Shown here: in pieces, positions 10,801 through 25,800 of the stretch
Position numbering within the stretch: the stretch's first letter is position 1
How the letters are laid out: each line of letters opens with the position of its first letter
From: Yuukianura sp. NJ FZ-2021
Taxonomy: Eukaryota
NCBI GenBank assembly: GCA_046563655.1
Contig: CM102287.1
Location: 9,114,001-9,178,000 of the forward strand
Direction of reading: 5' to 3'
DNA length: 64,000 bases
Notes under the pieces: generated by a model
Database searches by the model: none
What the model was told of the DNA's origin: nothing
Seen by the model: the letters and a program-made list of their open reading frames with translations, nothing else
Program-made: the position numbers and the translations under genes

Positions 10801-13800
10801 AGCTATTAGAAGAAATCAGGAAGGAACCGCAAGATCCACTTTCTTTTTAGGACTTTCTGTGGTTGCAGTTGGAGATTGCTTTCTGGAAATAGTTTTTTTA
10901 GAACAGGATTTTCCGTTTTGAACAGGAAAATAGTCAACACCTTTTCCGTTTTTTCGAAATGTAATCTTCGAGAATGGAGCGTGTGTGGGAGGAGGAAAGA
11001 TCATGAAAAGAAAAAGTTTGATTTTTCCAATTGCACTTTTTGGAAAGTTTCCCGATACCAAAATTTAAAAACTTTCACTTCGGAGTGACCTTGAATTAAA
11101 CAAGGGGGCCCTTAGGATTTTTTCTTTTGTGGAAAACGATTGGAAATGGCTTAAAACTAAAAAGTCTCAGTTGACTAAAATTTTTGTTATTTTTTCGGCG
11201 CTCACTTGACTTCTCCAAATGTTCGTTTTTTGTGTGAAATGGAAATGGAAGTTGGAAATTAATTAAAAGCGAGAGGTCCCATTATTTTGGCATTAGGAAA
11301 TAGTAGCGAGGGGGACGGACGAAAGTGGATACCTTTCACTAGTAACGCAACTTTCTCTTTACTCCAAAGTGGTGGGTGGGAATTGAATTGGATTTGGTAT
11401 GAATTTTGTGATGGCGGGAGCATAACTTTCCCGTGTCAAACTAAAATTCTGAAGTTTTGAGAGTAAGCGACGGAATTTTGAGAGCTTAAATTTTGAGAAG
11501 TGATGAAGTTGAAATTAAATACGTACACTCAAGATAGAGAGTCAGAGTGAGCGAAACTTTTGAAAAGCAGGTTTAGGGTTTAAACTTGTTTTAATTACCG
11601 AATTAAACTTAACTTTTGACCCGCACTTTCCCTTTGTTTCATAAAAATAGTAAAAAGTTTTCAAAACTGAAAAAGTTGGGAGGCCGATGACAGTTTTGCT
11701 TGTAATTTTTGTAAGTGATTGACACGCATTGTAGTGAAAGCGACTTTAGCTAGTTAAGTTTAATTAGTTTTAGTTAAAATTGTGAGACCTGCAAAAATCA
11801 AAAAAAGATTTTTTTTTTTAGAATTTCGGAATTTTTTGTTGAGTGTTCTTAGTAATCCCATGAGATCTCATTTGAAACTTGTGAAACTTTGGCTCTTTTT
11901 GTTTTTGTACTTAAATGTTCCACGTCCATCTGGATGAGGAGACTTTAGGATTTTAGTGTTACGGCGAAGACGTTAGCGCTGTAACTTTGTTTAAAAACAA
12001 ATTTTGTTCAAATGGACTGACTTTTCTAAAACAAAATCCTGATTAAAAGCACATTGTGAACTTTGAAAGACCGGTTTTTGAACAATGTTTTTCAAAATTT
12101 TAAATAAATAAAGTCTTAAAACGTCAGTTGGAAAGGGATAGGAGAATTCAGATTGTTTGTATTTTTTTTCTACTTTTTTAAGGGCCCGTGTTTATTATTC
12201 TTTTGAAGCTCTCGTTCTCGATGAGTTAAAACACCCGGATGAGCTTGAGCTAACTGCTAATGGTCTAAGGGCCCTCTCAACACTTTCCAAGGGCCCCCTT
12301 CTATTTTCTCAGACTTTAAGACAAGGTGCGGAGATTTTGAATTTTTTCTAAGCATTTTTTATAAGAGCAAAACCTGATTTTTTTTTATGTGTAAAACAAG
12401 GAGACTTAAGAAACAGATTGAGATCTTCAAGGGCCCAGACCCTTGATTTTGATGGGAACTTGATTTTAATTGAAAGTAAAGATGTAAATCGGAATAGAAT
12501 TAAAAAAAATCAGATTTTTTTTTTTTTGAAAATTGAGATTTTGAAGATTTGTGTCAGAAGAAGTAGTGAAGCGGCGATGATCTATGATCGAATCACTGCT
12601 TTTCGAAAGCGTTAAACCAAATTCAGTGGTAGTAGATTAGGTTAACCTACCGAAACAAGGCCGGGAGAGATTAAATTTACATGATTCTGTATGTGGAGGT
12701 GAAGGGCCCCCTTAAGGTAGCCCTTAGCCCTAAACTTTGAATAGTGTCGGGGATTCGAAGTGGAAACTTGAGAAGTGTTGTAAAGTTGATGCGGATTTGT
12801 CGGCCTAGGCTCTTCAAGTCACGTTGATCTCTGTTCCAGAGTTAATGGAGAGTTAAATTAAGTTAATTTGAAACCCTCCTATGTGGTACAACATAACCTA
12901 TAAAATAACATCCTAACTTTGTTTTGTTTCTGACTTTGCGTGTTTACCTTCCTCTCCATTTCCCTTGTTTCATCAAACTCCGGCAGGAGAAAGTGCTTGG
13001 CCAAGTTGAACTTTTGGTTCAAATTTTGTCGGACAAGGGCTAAAGGGAGACCATTTACGGCCTATGTTGGGAATGTGTCCGACTGGTTCCATTCTGGACA
13101 GGGAGTAATGGTTTTGGTATGAGACGCTGTGAATTCTCATGGGAAATAGGAGGACTGTGTCTGGATTCACTCTTAAGGTTGGACAGAGTCAGTTCATCTT
13201 CATTTTGTGACTTACGAGAGAATCAGGCAGGACGGAGAGAGAGATGAACTGAATGACTCTTGTTATTTTTGGATTTCTTGTTCATGTAAGGCCTAACACT
13301 ACGCTAAAAAGTTCTCATGGTTCGTATTGTGATTTTGAATCGGTTGAAACTGAAAGTTAATGTAAATTGAAACGGAGTTTGGTCAGACCGCTTTGCTTCT
13401 AACAGTCATCTGTAAAGTAAACACTGGAGTGGATGAGGTTGTGTTTTGGTTTTGTGGAAGTGGGCCATACTACTCACTCGCTTCTGTTTACATTAGTGGA
13501 CATTCCGCTTTTTGTCAAAACAAAGTGCTAAAAAAGTACTTTGTAGTAGAGTTTAGAGGTTCAAGAGGTCACTGACGTCGTGAGGTCAAAGGTCGCGTGT
13601 GTTTTTGCGTAGTGAGTAAAAAAAAACAAATAGTTCAAAGGAAATTGAGCCATGCAATGCGAGAAAAATGCACTTTTGGTTTTGCAGCTTCCTTTGTGTT
13701 GTTTCGGAGTTGAGAGTTTTAGCTTTGTAGTGGAGCGTTTAAGTGGGTGAATGGTTCGGTGGGGCCGACGGTGGGCCCTTTGGAATGTACTGCTTGAAGT

Positions 13801-16800
13801 GGAGATTTACGACTCTTCTCGGTACGAAATAATCCTCTTTGTGGGTTTGCGCCTCTTTTTGTGCATCTTGAGAGTCTTCCGCCACTTAGACGCGGCTGAG
13901 CCACTTGGAGAAAGCAGTGAAAGCGGAGTTTGGAATTTCGAAAAGAGCGGGAAATTTCTGGAGGGCATTTTGTTGGTTTTTTATGAACAGGAATTTCTAA
14001 GGAGTTTTCTTATCGGCAGTACGGACTCTCTTCTATGTTCTGGAAGGTTGCGTTAGGCTAAGGTTAGGCTATGGTTAGGCTAGGGCCCTTAAGGAAGGGG
14101 ATAGTCACGGAATGAAGGAGCAGAAATAAGGGGACATTGATTAAGGGATCCCCACAGTTGAAGTGAGGGAGGTCGTAAATATCTCGCACTCCACCAATTC
14201 CACCTGATCCGGGACAAGTGGGGCAGGTCCCATAAATACTTGTCCCACCAAGACCCACCATGTCCCAGGGTTTTAGAAACTTAATACTAAAACGTAAGTT
14301 TTTTGCTTATTAGTTCTTGCCCCACATTACTCATCTTTTGTTTCACACATCTTTGTCTTTTAAAACGGCCTGTCTGTTTTAAACAGCCTGTTTTCAACAG
14401 AGTTTTTTTAGAAAAAAGGAGCAGCAAAGCGTCAAAACTTGGCTAAAGAATTCTTTTGGTGCGAGGAACTAAGAGTTCGTAAAAGTTTTTAGTTTTTGTC
14501 TGTTCTACTTTTTTTTCTTTGAAAGCTGAAGCGTCTTTTTGTTTTAATGAAGCTGAAATGCAGACCCACATTTGTAGAATTTTGCTGGCTTCGATGTAGA
14601 AAAAATTGTGCCAGAAACTTGCACGGTTGTAAATTTTTTGTAATTTGGACATAAAATTTTGGTATTAAATTTTGAAAATTTTAGTAACTTCATGGAACAC
14701 TTGTTTTTTGAACATCTTTGAGTGGGCTGATGTGGAATTTTGTTCGTAACAAAAGTCGTCTAGTCAAATATCGATTTGTGGTGATTAGAGTTACCAAAAG
14801 TTTTCGGAAATCAGTTTCTTAAAATTAAATTCGGTGAATTTAAAAAATCGAAACAAAAGTTTGAAAACAATTTCTATGTCACGGTTATCTTATTATTTGT
14901 GTCATTTTTTTCGAACTGTCATTTTCCGTTTTAAGTAAAAACAGAACTGAGGATGGAGAAATCTTGTCAAAATTCACTGTTCTTTTTTCTTGAAAATTTA
15001 GTTTATTCATGCGGCTTTTCTGTCTGCAATCGATGAATTTAATGAACCTTGAATTTTCATTTGTTCTGGAGGTTATTTTTTCAATTTTCAAACAAAAAGA
15101 GCAAAAATGCAGAGAATCTCAGTGTGCTTGCGATGAAATTACCGAAAGTAAAACACAAACAGTTTTTTCCTTTAAAAGAAGTGTGTTTTTTTAAACAAAA
15201 GTTTTTTGAGGTTTGTAATCCCAGAGATAGTTGCGTGTAAAGTTGGTTGTTGTAGTTTGTGTGCGTGTGTGGTTGGTTTTTCGTGAAGTGGAAAAGCCTT
15301 TAACTCTGTTCCTCTTTCCGTGGAAAATGACGATGGATTCATCACGAATGGGGGATTAAGGGCCTCTTTAGGTGCCCTTGGAGACTACAGCACTAAACTC
15401 CAATTTTCCTTTTAAAAAATTGTCGTGAAAGTGCTTTCTTTGTAGTGCGTTGGTGGTAGGCGTAAGTAAGAATAGAATTCTATTGAAATTGGAGGCGATG
15501 ACGAACACTTTGCCACATGTTGAACCTAATGTCCCCCGTTGTTCCTCTTTTTTATTGAGTTTTTGAACCAGGGGTATTAAGGGATCATCCAGCAGTTCGT
15601 GACATTTTCACGAAAATTTTGTAAGTGTACAAAGTATATACAAAAGCACTTTGGTTACGTTGCGTGTGAAAACGTGAGAATTTAAACTTTGACAAAATTT
15701 GTCATTTTCGGGGAAGAAAAACATAAAAAGTACGAAAAGGCGTACAAGTGTGGTTACACACAAAATCTGTCGCAAATCAAATATTTTACAATTCTGTTGA
15801 AACAAAACAAGAAAGTTGGTTTTTCGAAACATTGTATGTCAAATTCCTTTGATTTCAATTTCAAAATTTTCTCGCTTCAACTGTTTGTTTCAAAACTCGA
15901 CTCGTCGACTCTTTTTTGAAGTTTCTTCTGTGGAGTTTTTTACAGAACTTATGTTACGTTGGGTTTTTTGATTGAAATATTTCGAGCTGTTATGGTTTTT
16001 TGGAGAGCAGAGAGTGAAAGCGAGATGCAGCGGTGAGGTTAGTTTTTTGATGAAAGGAAGTAATGAGGAAGTTTCTTCCTTTGATTTCTGGTGCGGAAGG
16101 AAGATTTGAACCACTTTCTCCATTTGTTCCTGTGAAAGTAGGAGTGAGTTGGAAGCCTGGAGGGTGGAAGACAGAAGTGTGAGGATGAAATTAAGAAGTG
16201 TGCTTTCTCACACCTTCCAGCTCAGTTGGTTCTGGAAGTTCGTCTGGAGGTAGGGAGGTAGGAAGAAAGACGTCTGTTGATGAATTATTTATGTGGAGAG
16301 AGTTGGAATTATGAGGTTCCGTTTAAAGTCTCATACGTGAAATAAATCTTCCCTTTACTTCCTCTCATGAATACCAAGTTGACCTCTCTAGGTCACCAAA
16401 AGTAGAACTTAACTTAACCACGCTCTAGGGGTCATCGGATGTCACTGTGTCCACTAAGGTCCAATTAGACACAGAAAGATATGGCCAAAAGTAAACCAGG
16501 AAAAATTTAGTTCACTTTTTGGATTTTCGCGTGGTGAAAGCGCACTTTCTCTTTTTTGGAATTTTTTTCTTCGTGGTACTCGTTCCGGAGGAAAAATTGG
16601 AGCAAAGTTCCTTTACGTGTTCGGCATTTGATCTTCACTTTTTTGGGTTCTTCACCGCAGCGTAGCTCGTTCTTGGTCTTCTCGCTTTTGTATGTTGGTG
16701 CCAAATGGAGAAAGCTTTTTTGAAACTCCGTGTTTGAGAGCAGATTTGAAATGTGACTTGCCGCCTTTTACCACTGGGCGCTCTTTCTCTGAAATCACGT

Positions 16801-19800
16801 GTGGTGTGAGGAAATGGGGCTGTTTGGGTGCAGTTGGATTTGGTTTTTGTGGAATATTGAGGTTTTTGTTTGGATGGTAACAAATCATTGTTCCATTTTT
16901 CTCATCTGCTGGAAATGGAAAAGAGATTTTCCATTTTTTCCAATCTGTCACGTTCTGGGAGACAAGTCAAAGATGATCCATGATGTGGAGCCCTACGAAC
17001 TTTTCCTAATCGCTCTTTTTGGCTTTCACCTCCTTTTGCATGGAGGGGGTGAAGAGCCTTTTATAGGAGAGAAGATAGATTAGGGAGATCTTCCTCCGGC
17101 GGCTCGTTCCTTGTCATTGTCAGTGTTCACATAAAGTGAAAAGTGGGCCGCAGAAAGGAGGCAAAGTGAAAGTCCCGCCAAATTCCGAAGAAAAGAATTT
17201 TTTGCGGAAAAAAATTGAGAAATGGAAAAATTTTATGTAAAAAAAATTATTTGTCGAGAGGGAAAAATGATTTGGTTCTTGGTCTACAAATCATCAAAAG
17301 GTTTAGAAGTGGTAGGGAATTCACGCGCGTTAGACGCGGAAATACGTGAATTTTTACGGCGTTCTGATTGTGTTTCTGATCTACATAATTGAAAATTAAA
17401 AAATGCTGCGAAAACAAAAATTTCTCGGTGAACGGAGTCGTTGCGTATCTTTTGGGGGGAAAAGTTTGTCACTTTTTTCTCCATTTGGTTTACGTTTTAA
17501 ACAGTTTTTGTAAAGTTTCAAACAAAGACACGTTATTTGAACAGACGTTTTCTGTTTTAAAAGTTTATTTTTTCTGAACATAAAATCTGGATTTGTGAAA
17601 AGGTTTTTTCTGCTTTCTTTGAAAGTTTTTGCTTCGAAATTTGAAAAACAGTTTCATTTTCTAAACGGTTGATTTTAGGAAAGATCTGGATAAGTTGTTA
17701 CTGTTTTTGAACTTTTGTTTATAACGGCAGAGTTTAGCAGAAACTACGAGATTTTGGTGCTAACTGAGCTTTGATTTAGGGGGAAATAATTTTGGACTTT
17801 CAGTTCTCGATTTTTTTAAGCATTTGAAAATCTGAGCACGCGTGAGAGTTTTGCATAAATGGGATAAATCCTGGTGCGAGTGGCCATGGGAGGCTGTTTT
17901 CCTGGTGTGTGGGGATTCAGAGGAGGTCAATAAATCTGATTTGATGGAAAATAAGGTGACACGTTGAGTTCTAATCGAAGTGAGACTGGAATTCCATAGT
18001 AGCTGAAAACCCATGACCAGGACCTTTGCCTTTTCTAGATTTTTTACAACATAGAGGTCAAACACCGCCAACTCTCGAATTTAACGCACACAAACTCCCA
18101 ATGCGCGCCAAAACCAGCCTGCCAGTGAAAGCGAACTTTCTCCTCTTTTTTTTCTCTAAAAGCGAACTTTTCTCTTTTTTCTTTTTGAGAGAAACCGGCG
18201 AATCCATTTTGTGGATTATGAAATCACAGCTGCTGCTTTCAGTTGTTCTGTATCTGATTTTCAAAAGGTTTCAAAAAAGAAAAAATTTTTGAAATAAAAA
18301 TTTCAATTTCAAAAAGTTGTTGTATTCAATTTTACAACCACTTACATTTTCCACAAATTTTTGAACTGAGTTTTCGTGTAATAGGGCAGTTCAAATCTGT
18401 TGGAAGTTCCATTTTTTCGGCGTTTTATTTGTTTCAAGTATTAATGCTTAAATTCGAAATTACGAAATTCCCAAATTCCGTTGTTTTCCATACCGTTTCG
18501 CCTTTCGCGGGTTTTCTCTACTTTTCATGGTTTTTCTTATCATATCGTGGTTTTTCTTACCGTTTCGTGGTTTTTGTCGGTTTTCGTCACTTTTAGCCTT
18601 CTGCTCTTTTCCGGTTGTGGTAAAAGTTGAAAAATCCTGTAGGTTTTGTTTCTTGTTGAACTATGCAATGTAGTGATTCCCAAGCCCACTCACGTAGAAC
18701 GAGGATTTCTGGCAAAGGACTCGCATTTTTGCCAATTCTTCTCCGTTACAGCGTCCTTAAGCTCATCCTTATCCGCCCTTTTAGCTTCCTCAAATTCAGG
18801 AACAATGGGTTAGTCACTGAAACAAGTGCTCTTTATATTCCAAATTATACTTTGGAAAACGAAAATTACACAAATGTTAACGTAAAACTCAAATTGGACT
18901 TAAACTCGCCAATTTTCAAACTAACAATATGTAATATGAACAAATTCAATTGAACAATTTCTTTTCCAAACAGAAAATCAAAAGGAAATCGGTGCTCATT
19001 TCATTTGTAGTTTTCAGTTATAATCTCGTTTTTGCAATGACCTTTGACAGTTTTTTTGAGTATGCGTTTTTGAATTTTATGCTCCGAACGGCTGAAGTTT
19101 GAGTCTGAATTTTTTGAAAAGTCTTTTTCGAAACGGATTTTTCATATTTTTTGTACCGCGGATTTTGCTTGAGGGGACCATATCTTAGTAAAAAATGGAA
19201 GGTTTAATTCATGGCGCGTTTTCTCTGGAGACGAACCAGGAAACCGGAAATCTCGTCGTCTTCATAACCGGAAGCGAAAGTGGAGAAAGTTGTCCCGCGT
19301 AAGGAAGCTATTGAAGGTTCTTCATCGTTTCTCTTCACTCCGGGAAATTCAAACTTAGGAGATCCATCATCTTTCCTGCCTTGCACGTTTTATGCGCTCA
19401 ACGACTTTCTATTCTCCCTCCCACGCTTGGGATAAAAGAGCGGGGAAAAAACAGAAATGCTCAAATCCTGTTTTTCTACCATTTTTTATTTCTAAAGTCA
19501 AAAGTGAAAGGCCCTTGCGAATTGTCCTTTGTCAAAAAATATTTTTATCCTCATGCCTGGAGCAGAGCTTTTTTATCCACTAAAATGGAACTTTTTGATT
19601 TTCTTTTTTAGAATTTCTCACTCTTTTTTGAATTTTTAACGTTTCATCTTTGGCAATTGACTTAACACTTATCCCCTATTCAGTTTTTCAATTTCAGAAA
19701 CCGCGATTCTTTGAACTTTTCTTTCCTTCCTTCTTTTTTCTTTGGTGAAAGTTTTTGTCTTTTTTCAAACCATGAATTTCTTGCCGAACAAAGCCATTTT

Positions 19801-22800
19801 CCCAGCGTGTTGAGTGCTTTCGATTCAGCAAAATTTTTTAACTTTTTCAAAAAATTTGAGTTTTTTTGCCATTTTAATGGTTATTTCGGTTGAAGTGTTT
19901 TGAGAGTAATGGATACTTGGAATATGGAAAGGTAGCATATGGTAAAGAGGACTCAGCAGGAAAAGATCCGTTTTTACCATAATCTCTGGCCATTTCACCA
20001 CCTACTTTCACTTGTAACTGAGCATTCCACACTTAACACTTCACATTTCAAGCTTAACATTCCACATTTTGCAAATTTTTGAAGAAAAAAAAAAGGTTTT
20101 TTGAAAAGTTATGTTATGTTTTACTGTAGGAAAAGAGTTATGCTTGAGAATAAGCTCATGTTTTGTTATGTGAAGGAAAAAACACGGCAATTATGTCAGG
20201 TCGACTGAATATTTTTTGTTGCTTTTTACATTTGAACGTTTTTTAGTTTCTTTCAGGCGGAAATGCTAACTTTTGAGCTTTTAGGCTCCTCTCTTGCTGT
20301 TAATAGTTGAGTGTCAATTTTTCAGTTTTTTTAAATGTTTTGTTAAGAATTTTTTAGAACAGAGAAGAATGGTGTGTCGTTTCATTTTAGTTTCTTTTAT
20401 GAAATGGAGTCAGTAGTTGTCTGGAAATACGGAAATGAAGTCTGAAGGGGGAGGGGGGAGAGATGGTCTTTATGTAAATAAACTTTTAGAAGAAAGAAAG
20501 ACGGATGGGAGCGGCGCTCAGACTTCGGCGTTTTTTCTGTTTGTTCCTTTCGAATGCTCTTTCAAGTACTTTTTTCATAGAAGATTGTTAGATACTACTG
20601 GTGCTATTACCCTCTTGCCTTAGACTCAAAGAAACCCTAGTTTTTTCAGTTTTTGTTGTAGTTTGAATGGAAACAAAGAGGAAGTTGGATGGAATGGAAG
20701 TAATCGACCCTGGAACTTAGTTTGGTTGGGCTGGAGATGATGAGCGGATAGGCAGAGCCACTTCCATAAATTACGTCTGTGTCAAGCCACTCTCTCTTAT
20801 TTTTCTCTGCTGACATCGTTTCTTTCAATCACAAATGGAATTTTAGCTTTCTCTGGCTCATGGCTCTACTAGTTTGAGCTAACAAAGCCCTAAGCCGTTA
20901 GCCATGCGCCGGAGATTGGATTTTTGTTTTTAGAAATTTTGAAAAACTTGGAAACGGCTTAACGGCTCGTGGCGGCCGAGCTAGCCGACTGTGGCTAACT
21001 GTTTTTTTAAGCCAGAGGCGGCGGATTGCGGTGCAGAGGTCGTTGACGTTGTTTCGGTTTTTGTGTGAGACTTTTGACCTAATTTTGAAAAAGCGGGATT
21101 TTGAAAGTTCTGGATGAGTATTTTGAGCAGTGAGCATAAAAATTTGTGTTTCTAATTAGCTGAAAATGTTAGGCGCTGTTTTAGAACATAATTTATGATG
21201 TGCTTCTGAGCAAAATTTTTGTTGGTACTAGTGAAAAGTATGCCAAGTTTTTGAATTTTTTGGGCTGTTGAGTTGTTACTTCCAGGGAAATTCATTTTCA
21301 TTTTGTGAGGTTAAGGTTTATGCTTGGTTTTATTTTGTTAGGTTACATTTTTTGTTAGGTTAGGCTGTTGCTGGTGCAGGTTATGTTGGAGGTTGGAGTG
21401 GAGTAATTTGAAGTTTGGCGGAATGAAGTGTGCAGTGAAAGTGAGGTAGTTGATGTTAGGGGCATGGAGAAAGTAAAAGGAAATGGAAAAATGGAGATTG
21501 CGGTGTGACTTTGAGAGGACGATGCCGTTGTTGGGGTTAGTAGGCTGAAAGTTGAAGTTTTTTTCGTTTTTGGCCAAATTGGAAGCACTGAGAGTGGAAA
21601 GCCAAAGAAATTTAAAAACGGAACTTTCCCGAGCTTTCTCTCCAGTCCAAGGTGGAATTGAGAAAGTACGCGGAGGAAATGAGATCCCAATAAAATATAA
21701 ACCCACTTTCTCTGCTTTCCCTACGTCCCATGCTTTAACTTAACCTTATATTCCAACTTCCTGTTCAGTTTCCATCAAATTGAAGGGAGTAAGGAACCAG
21801 CAGAAGGAGCAGTTTCAGTTCAGTGATAACAAACAAGGTTGCCCAGCTCTGTGTCTCAGTCACTAAAAATTTGTCTAGAAAAAGGAATTTGGCCAACTCT
21901 AAAATTCGGAAGAGAAAGTTGAAGTGGACAGATTGTCAAGTGCTTTGGAAATTATTCAGTTCTTTCCGTTCCCATATCAGTCACCACACCTTCAGTAGTA
22001 CATTTGCATTTCAATTTTAGGCGGGAGAGACAAAATGCTTTCACTTTTTCTGTTCTTGTTAGAAGTAAAGCCCTATTCGCACATAGGAGTTTGCGGTGTT
22101 TTTGTTTTCCGTGTGACATGGACGAATAATGGCGTTTCATGAGAAATGATGTTCAAATGGAGTTGGTAATTATCACACACGATGCAGGCAGTCATCGACA
22201 CACACATTAGTAAGCATAAGCTTAGATCTCAAATTGATAATGGCAGGCTTAAAGGCTTTATCAAACGAAAGCACGCTTTTAAAACTAAGGTTGCCCACGC
22301 TTTCTGCAATTTTTAAAACTGAACAACAACGCTTGACGTGAATTCCGAAAATCTAAAATCGATCGTCCAAAAAACATAACGGGAAAAACCAAAATTAGGA
22401 AATTATAGATGAAAGTGAAATTTTTTGTTGTTGCTTTCTCCCCCTGAGGTTCGTCTTTTTTCTTTTTGATTAAAACCTTCGGGTTTTTGAACTTTTTTTG
22501 GAGTTTCTTTTAACTTTTTGAGTTTTATTGTCGGAGTAAACACGATTTGAAAAGCGTGTTTGAAAAGTTATTGTGGGAAGGGCTTATGAAATAAAAAGAC
22601 GAGCAGATATTATTGTTGGGTGACACTTGGATTGCGTTTGAGTCATAAAGAACGACTCAAGCTCCTGTCAACTTCCATTTTATCCCTTGAAGGGCCCATT
22701 ATAAAGGGGACAGAGACCAGAAATTGTGGAGATCGCAAGAAGAAAATAAGAAAAGGATTAGGATGGATTTTTCAGTCTTATTTTCGAAAAAAAGCATCTC

Positions 22801-25800
22801 TTTTTTGAAAATGAAAGAGAACGTGGACTTTTGAAGTTTCAAAAACGGAGGGAGTAACTACGTCTGTGTGTGTGGGCCTTAACGTGTGTGGATGATAGAG
22901 TGGAGGGGTCAGGTCAAATAGGTTCCATAATCATGACAAAGTGCTCCTTCGAAGGGTTCTCAAGGGCCCCCTTTTCATTTTCATTCCAAATCCAAACTGA
23001 CTCGATTTTTTCTTCGTTTTTTGAAATTGAACTTTCTCTAGTTGGAAATTTCAAGTAAGTAGAGTTTTCTGTCACTTTTGGTTTAGTTTCATGCTAGTGT
23101 CAGTGGATACAGACACGACAGTTGTGACACTAAACCGCAAGGAAATTCAACTGAAAGTGAAACACTGCAGCTTTCGTATTTGTAGAAATTTGAAATTGAA
23201 CAGGACCAAAAACGGTCGTAAGTGCACCGTACTAGGGCGTAACATGTTGTTTCAGAACTTTCTCCCATGTCTTGTCCTAAGGGACTTTTTTGAAGTAGAA
23301 AATGCAGTTTTTGGAATTTGGAAAACTTTTTGAAAATTTTGTGTCTTCGGAATAACATCTTCCACTGAATTCTGAACCGTATTAACTTTTATGTGCAATT
23401 TAAGGACTACAGTTTAGGTGTCGTTTGATGTGCACTTTCTTTTAAAAACTTTTTTTTATACTTTGTTTTAAAAAAAAAGTTGTGTAACACAAGTGGTTTA
23501 GTTCTATGATGTTTGTTTTGAAAGTTTTTGTTTGAAAATCTGGCAACATCACAACAAAACAAATCTAAAGCCCTGCTTTGCTTTCTAAACTAAACAGAAT
23601 GGCGAATGTAGAGCAATGTTTGTGCAGAACGGCTGGAATTTTTTAGGTGACATGGTTGCATTAGTTTATGTTTTTGTGTGTACAGTGTTTTCTGAGTTCT
23701 GGTTTGTTGTTACTACTTTGCTGTGTCCCAAAAAAGTTCTGGAAGCTTAGTGTCTCGTTGGATTTATTGTTCTTCATTCTTAGTATTTCACAGAAGTGCA
23801 TAAATAAAGGCCAAACCTCTCTTTTTTCAAGAGTTCTTTACTTTTTTCGTAAAATTTCTTAGCTATTTAAAAGTTTGTTGAAGTTACTAACTAAATTGTG
23901 TACCGTATTTCCAAGATTACTTTGGATTTACTTAAACGACCTAACCTGAGAGTATGGTATTGTTTGATATGTTAATGGTTTTTCATACTTTTTGTATTTT
24001 GTTATGTTAGATATACATAACAAAACGTTGATAAGACGTTATGCATGATGGAGGGCTTGGAAGTCTTGGGGGGCCCTTAAGGGAGGCTTAATAGCGAGAA
24101 AAAAGTTAAGGTGTGGATCATGTTTTGTGACAGTGATGGAACAGATTTTCAAAATCAATCAGGTTTCGGCTTTCACTTTGTGAGTTTTCATGTGAAGTCA
24201 TTTTCATTTTTAGTCAAAGGTGTTCCATTTTTGTAAAAATTTTGAATTTTTCAAGTGTAAGAAAGTTTTTCTGGTTTGGTGAAATGCCGTGAGAGGAGAC
24301 GGGGATAAAGGGAGCATTACTTTACAGAATGAACAGGGATTTTCCCTGTGTCTCTGTTTTTGCTCTTCAATCAAATCGAACCGCCAGTTTTTCCTGGGAG
24401 AAAAGCCTCCATTTCCACCGCTTTCTTTTTTTTCCACCATAGAACTGCAGGAAGAAGCGGGAATTTTTGAAGAAAAAAGAATCCTTGTTCCTGAAGCGAC
24501 ACATGTCGTCAAGTATTGGAAATTTTGTAGATTTTGTCTTCTCTTCTTTTCCAGAGAAAGAAGTGATTGAATCGGTGTGGTTTTCCATATTTCCAATCAG
24601 AACTAAAGACAGGGATACTTTTACAAATTGGTTCTTTACTTTTATCGGTTACGTAAAGGGAGATTTGGACTCTGTTCGGATCCACTATTTTACTGCCAAT
24701 CTACTTTGACTTTCCCACTTTCCCTATGTTCCACTTTCACTGCTTTCTCTGCTCTAGGTTACGTTTGCTTGGAGTCGCTGCGGTAAAGTCGGTTTGCGGT
24801 TTTGTGTTATAATAATGAAAAGTACTTTGCTGCATGTAACAACGCAGCTATATGATGACACTATACGTATGCACTTTGTCCGTAGCAAGGTTTACAGAAA
24901 CCATAGACAGACGAGGAATTTTGTTACGATTTTTAAAATCTTGAAAAATTGAAATTGAAGCGTAAATTTGATACCGAAATTGTGGAACAGAAGTAGTAGC
25001 TGCTTTTGTGAAAATTGGGGATAAAATTTATGTGAAATTTCGGAAATGTTGGTTTTGGCTGACACTGACTTGCACTTCCGGATTGGACTTTAGTTCTGTT
25101 GACTCGGCTAAACTTTTGGGGGTGGGGAGGAGGGGGTGAAAGTGGGGGGAGGTGTTTGGAGGAGCGTGAAATTAGGTCCTTTAGTTCTTTGGTTTCGTCG
25201 TAAGTTGTCGTGCTTAATGGGCAAGAGACAAAGGGAACATGGGGACTTGTGAGCTTCTCTCAGCAGAAGATTGAGGAGATAACTTCATTTTCCTAACATT
25301 CGCACCTTAACTTTCTCCAAAAGACCAAAAAGTTTTGAGGTGGCTCCGAAAAAGACAAGTTCGAAAAGTGAGGAATTCAGCTGTCGAGAAATTAGGAAGG
25401 ACGCGCACGTTTCGCACTTGGAGAAAGTTAGGCTGAACTTTCACTTTGAATTTTTTTGAAAAGCATGAAAATGAAAAATAAAAACTTACTAAATTAGAAT
25501 ATTGTTTTTGCAAAACTAGGTTAGGATAGACGTATTTCACGGTGTTTTATGTTATGTTTGTTCTGTTGCGTTAAGACGAGCTGAATTTTTTTGTTGTACG
25601 ATGTGGTTTAGGCTAGGATTTTTTTAAAATTCGGAGCACATCGCTGCGTTATGTCTTTTTTTCAAAATGATGCGAATTTTGTTTTTCCAAATGGAGGCCA
25701 TACTTTCGCTTCTTCAGTTTTTCGGTTTGCATGTTTCCCTCTGGAAGCTCAGCTCCAGTTCGATATTTAGGTTAGTTAGGTTTTGGGTTAGGCTAAATCC

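Noticed and set aside
24740..24765. Possible recursive splice site (pyrimidine tract-TAG|GTTACG) in the long intron
   Set aside because: The regenerated donor is weak and cannot be supported without nascent RNA data.
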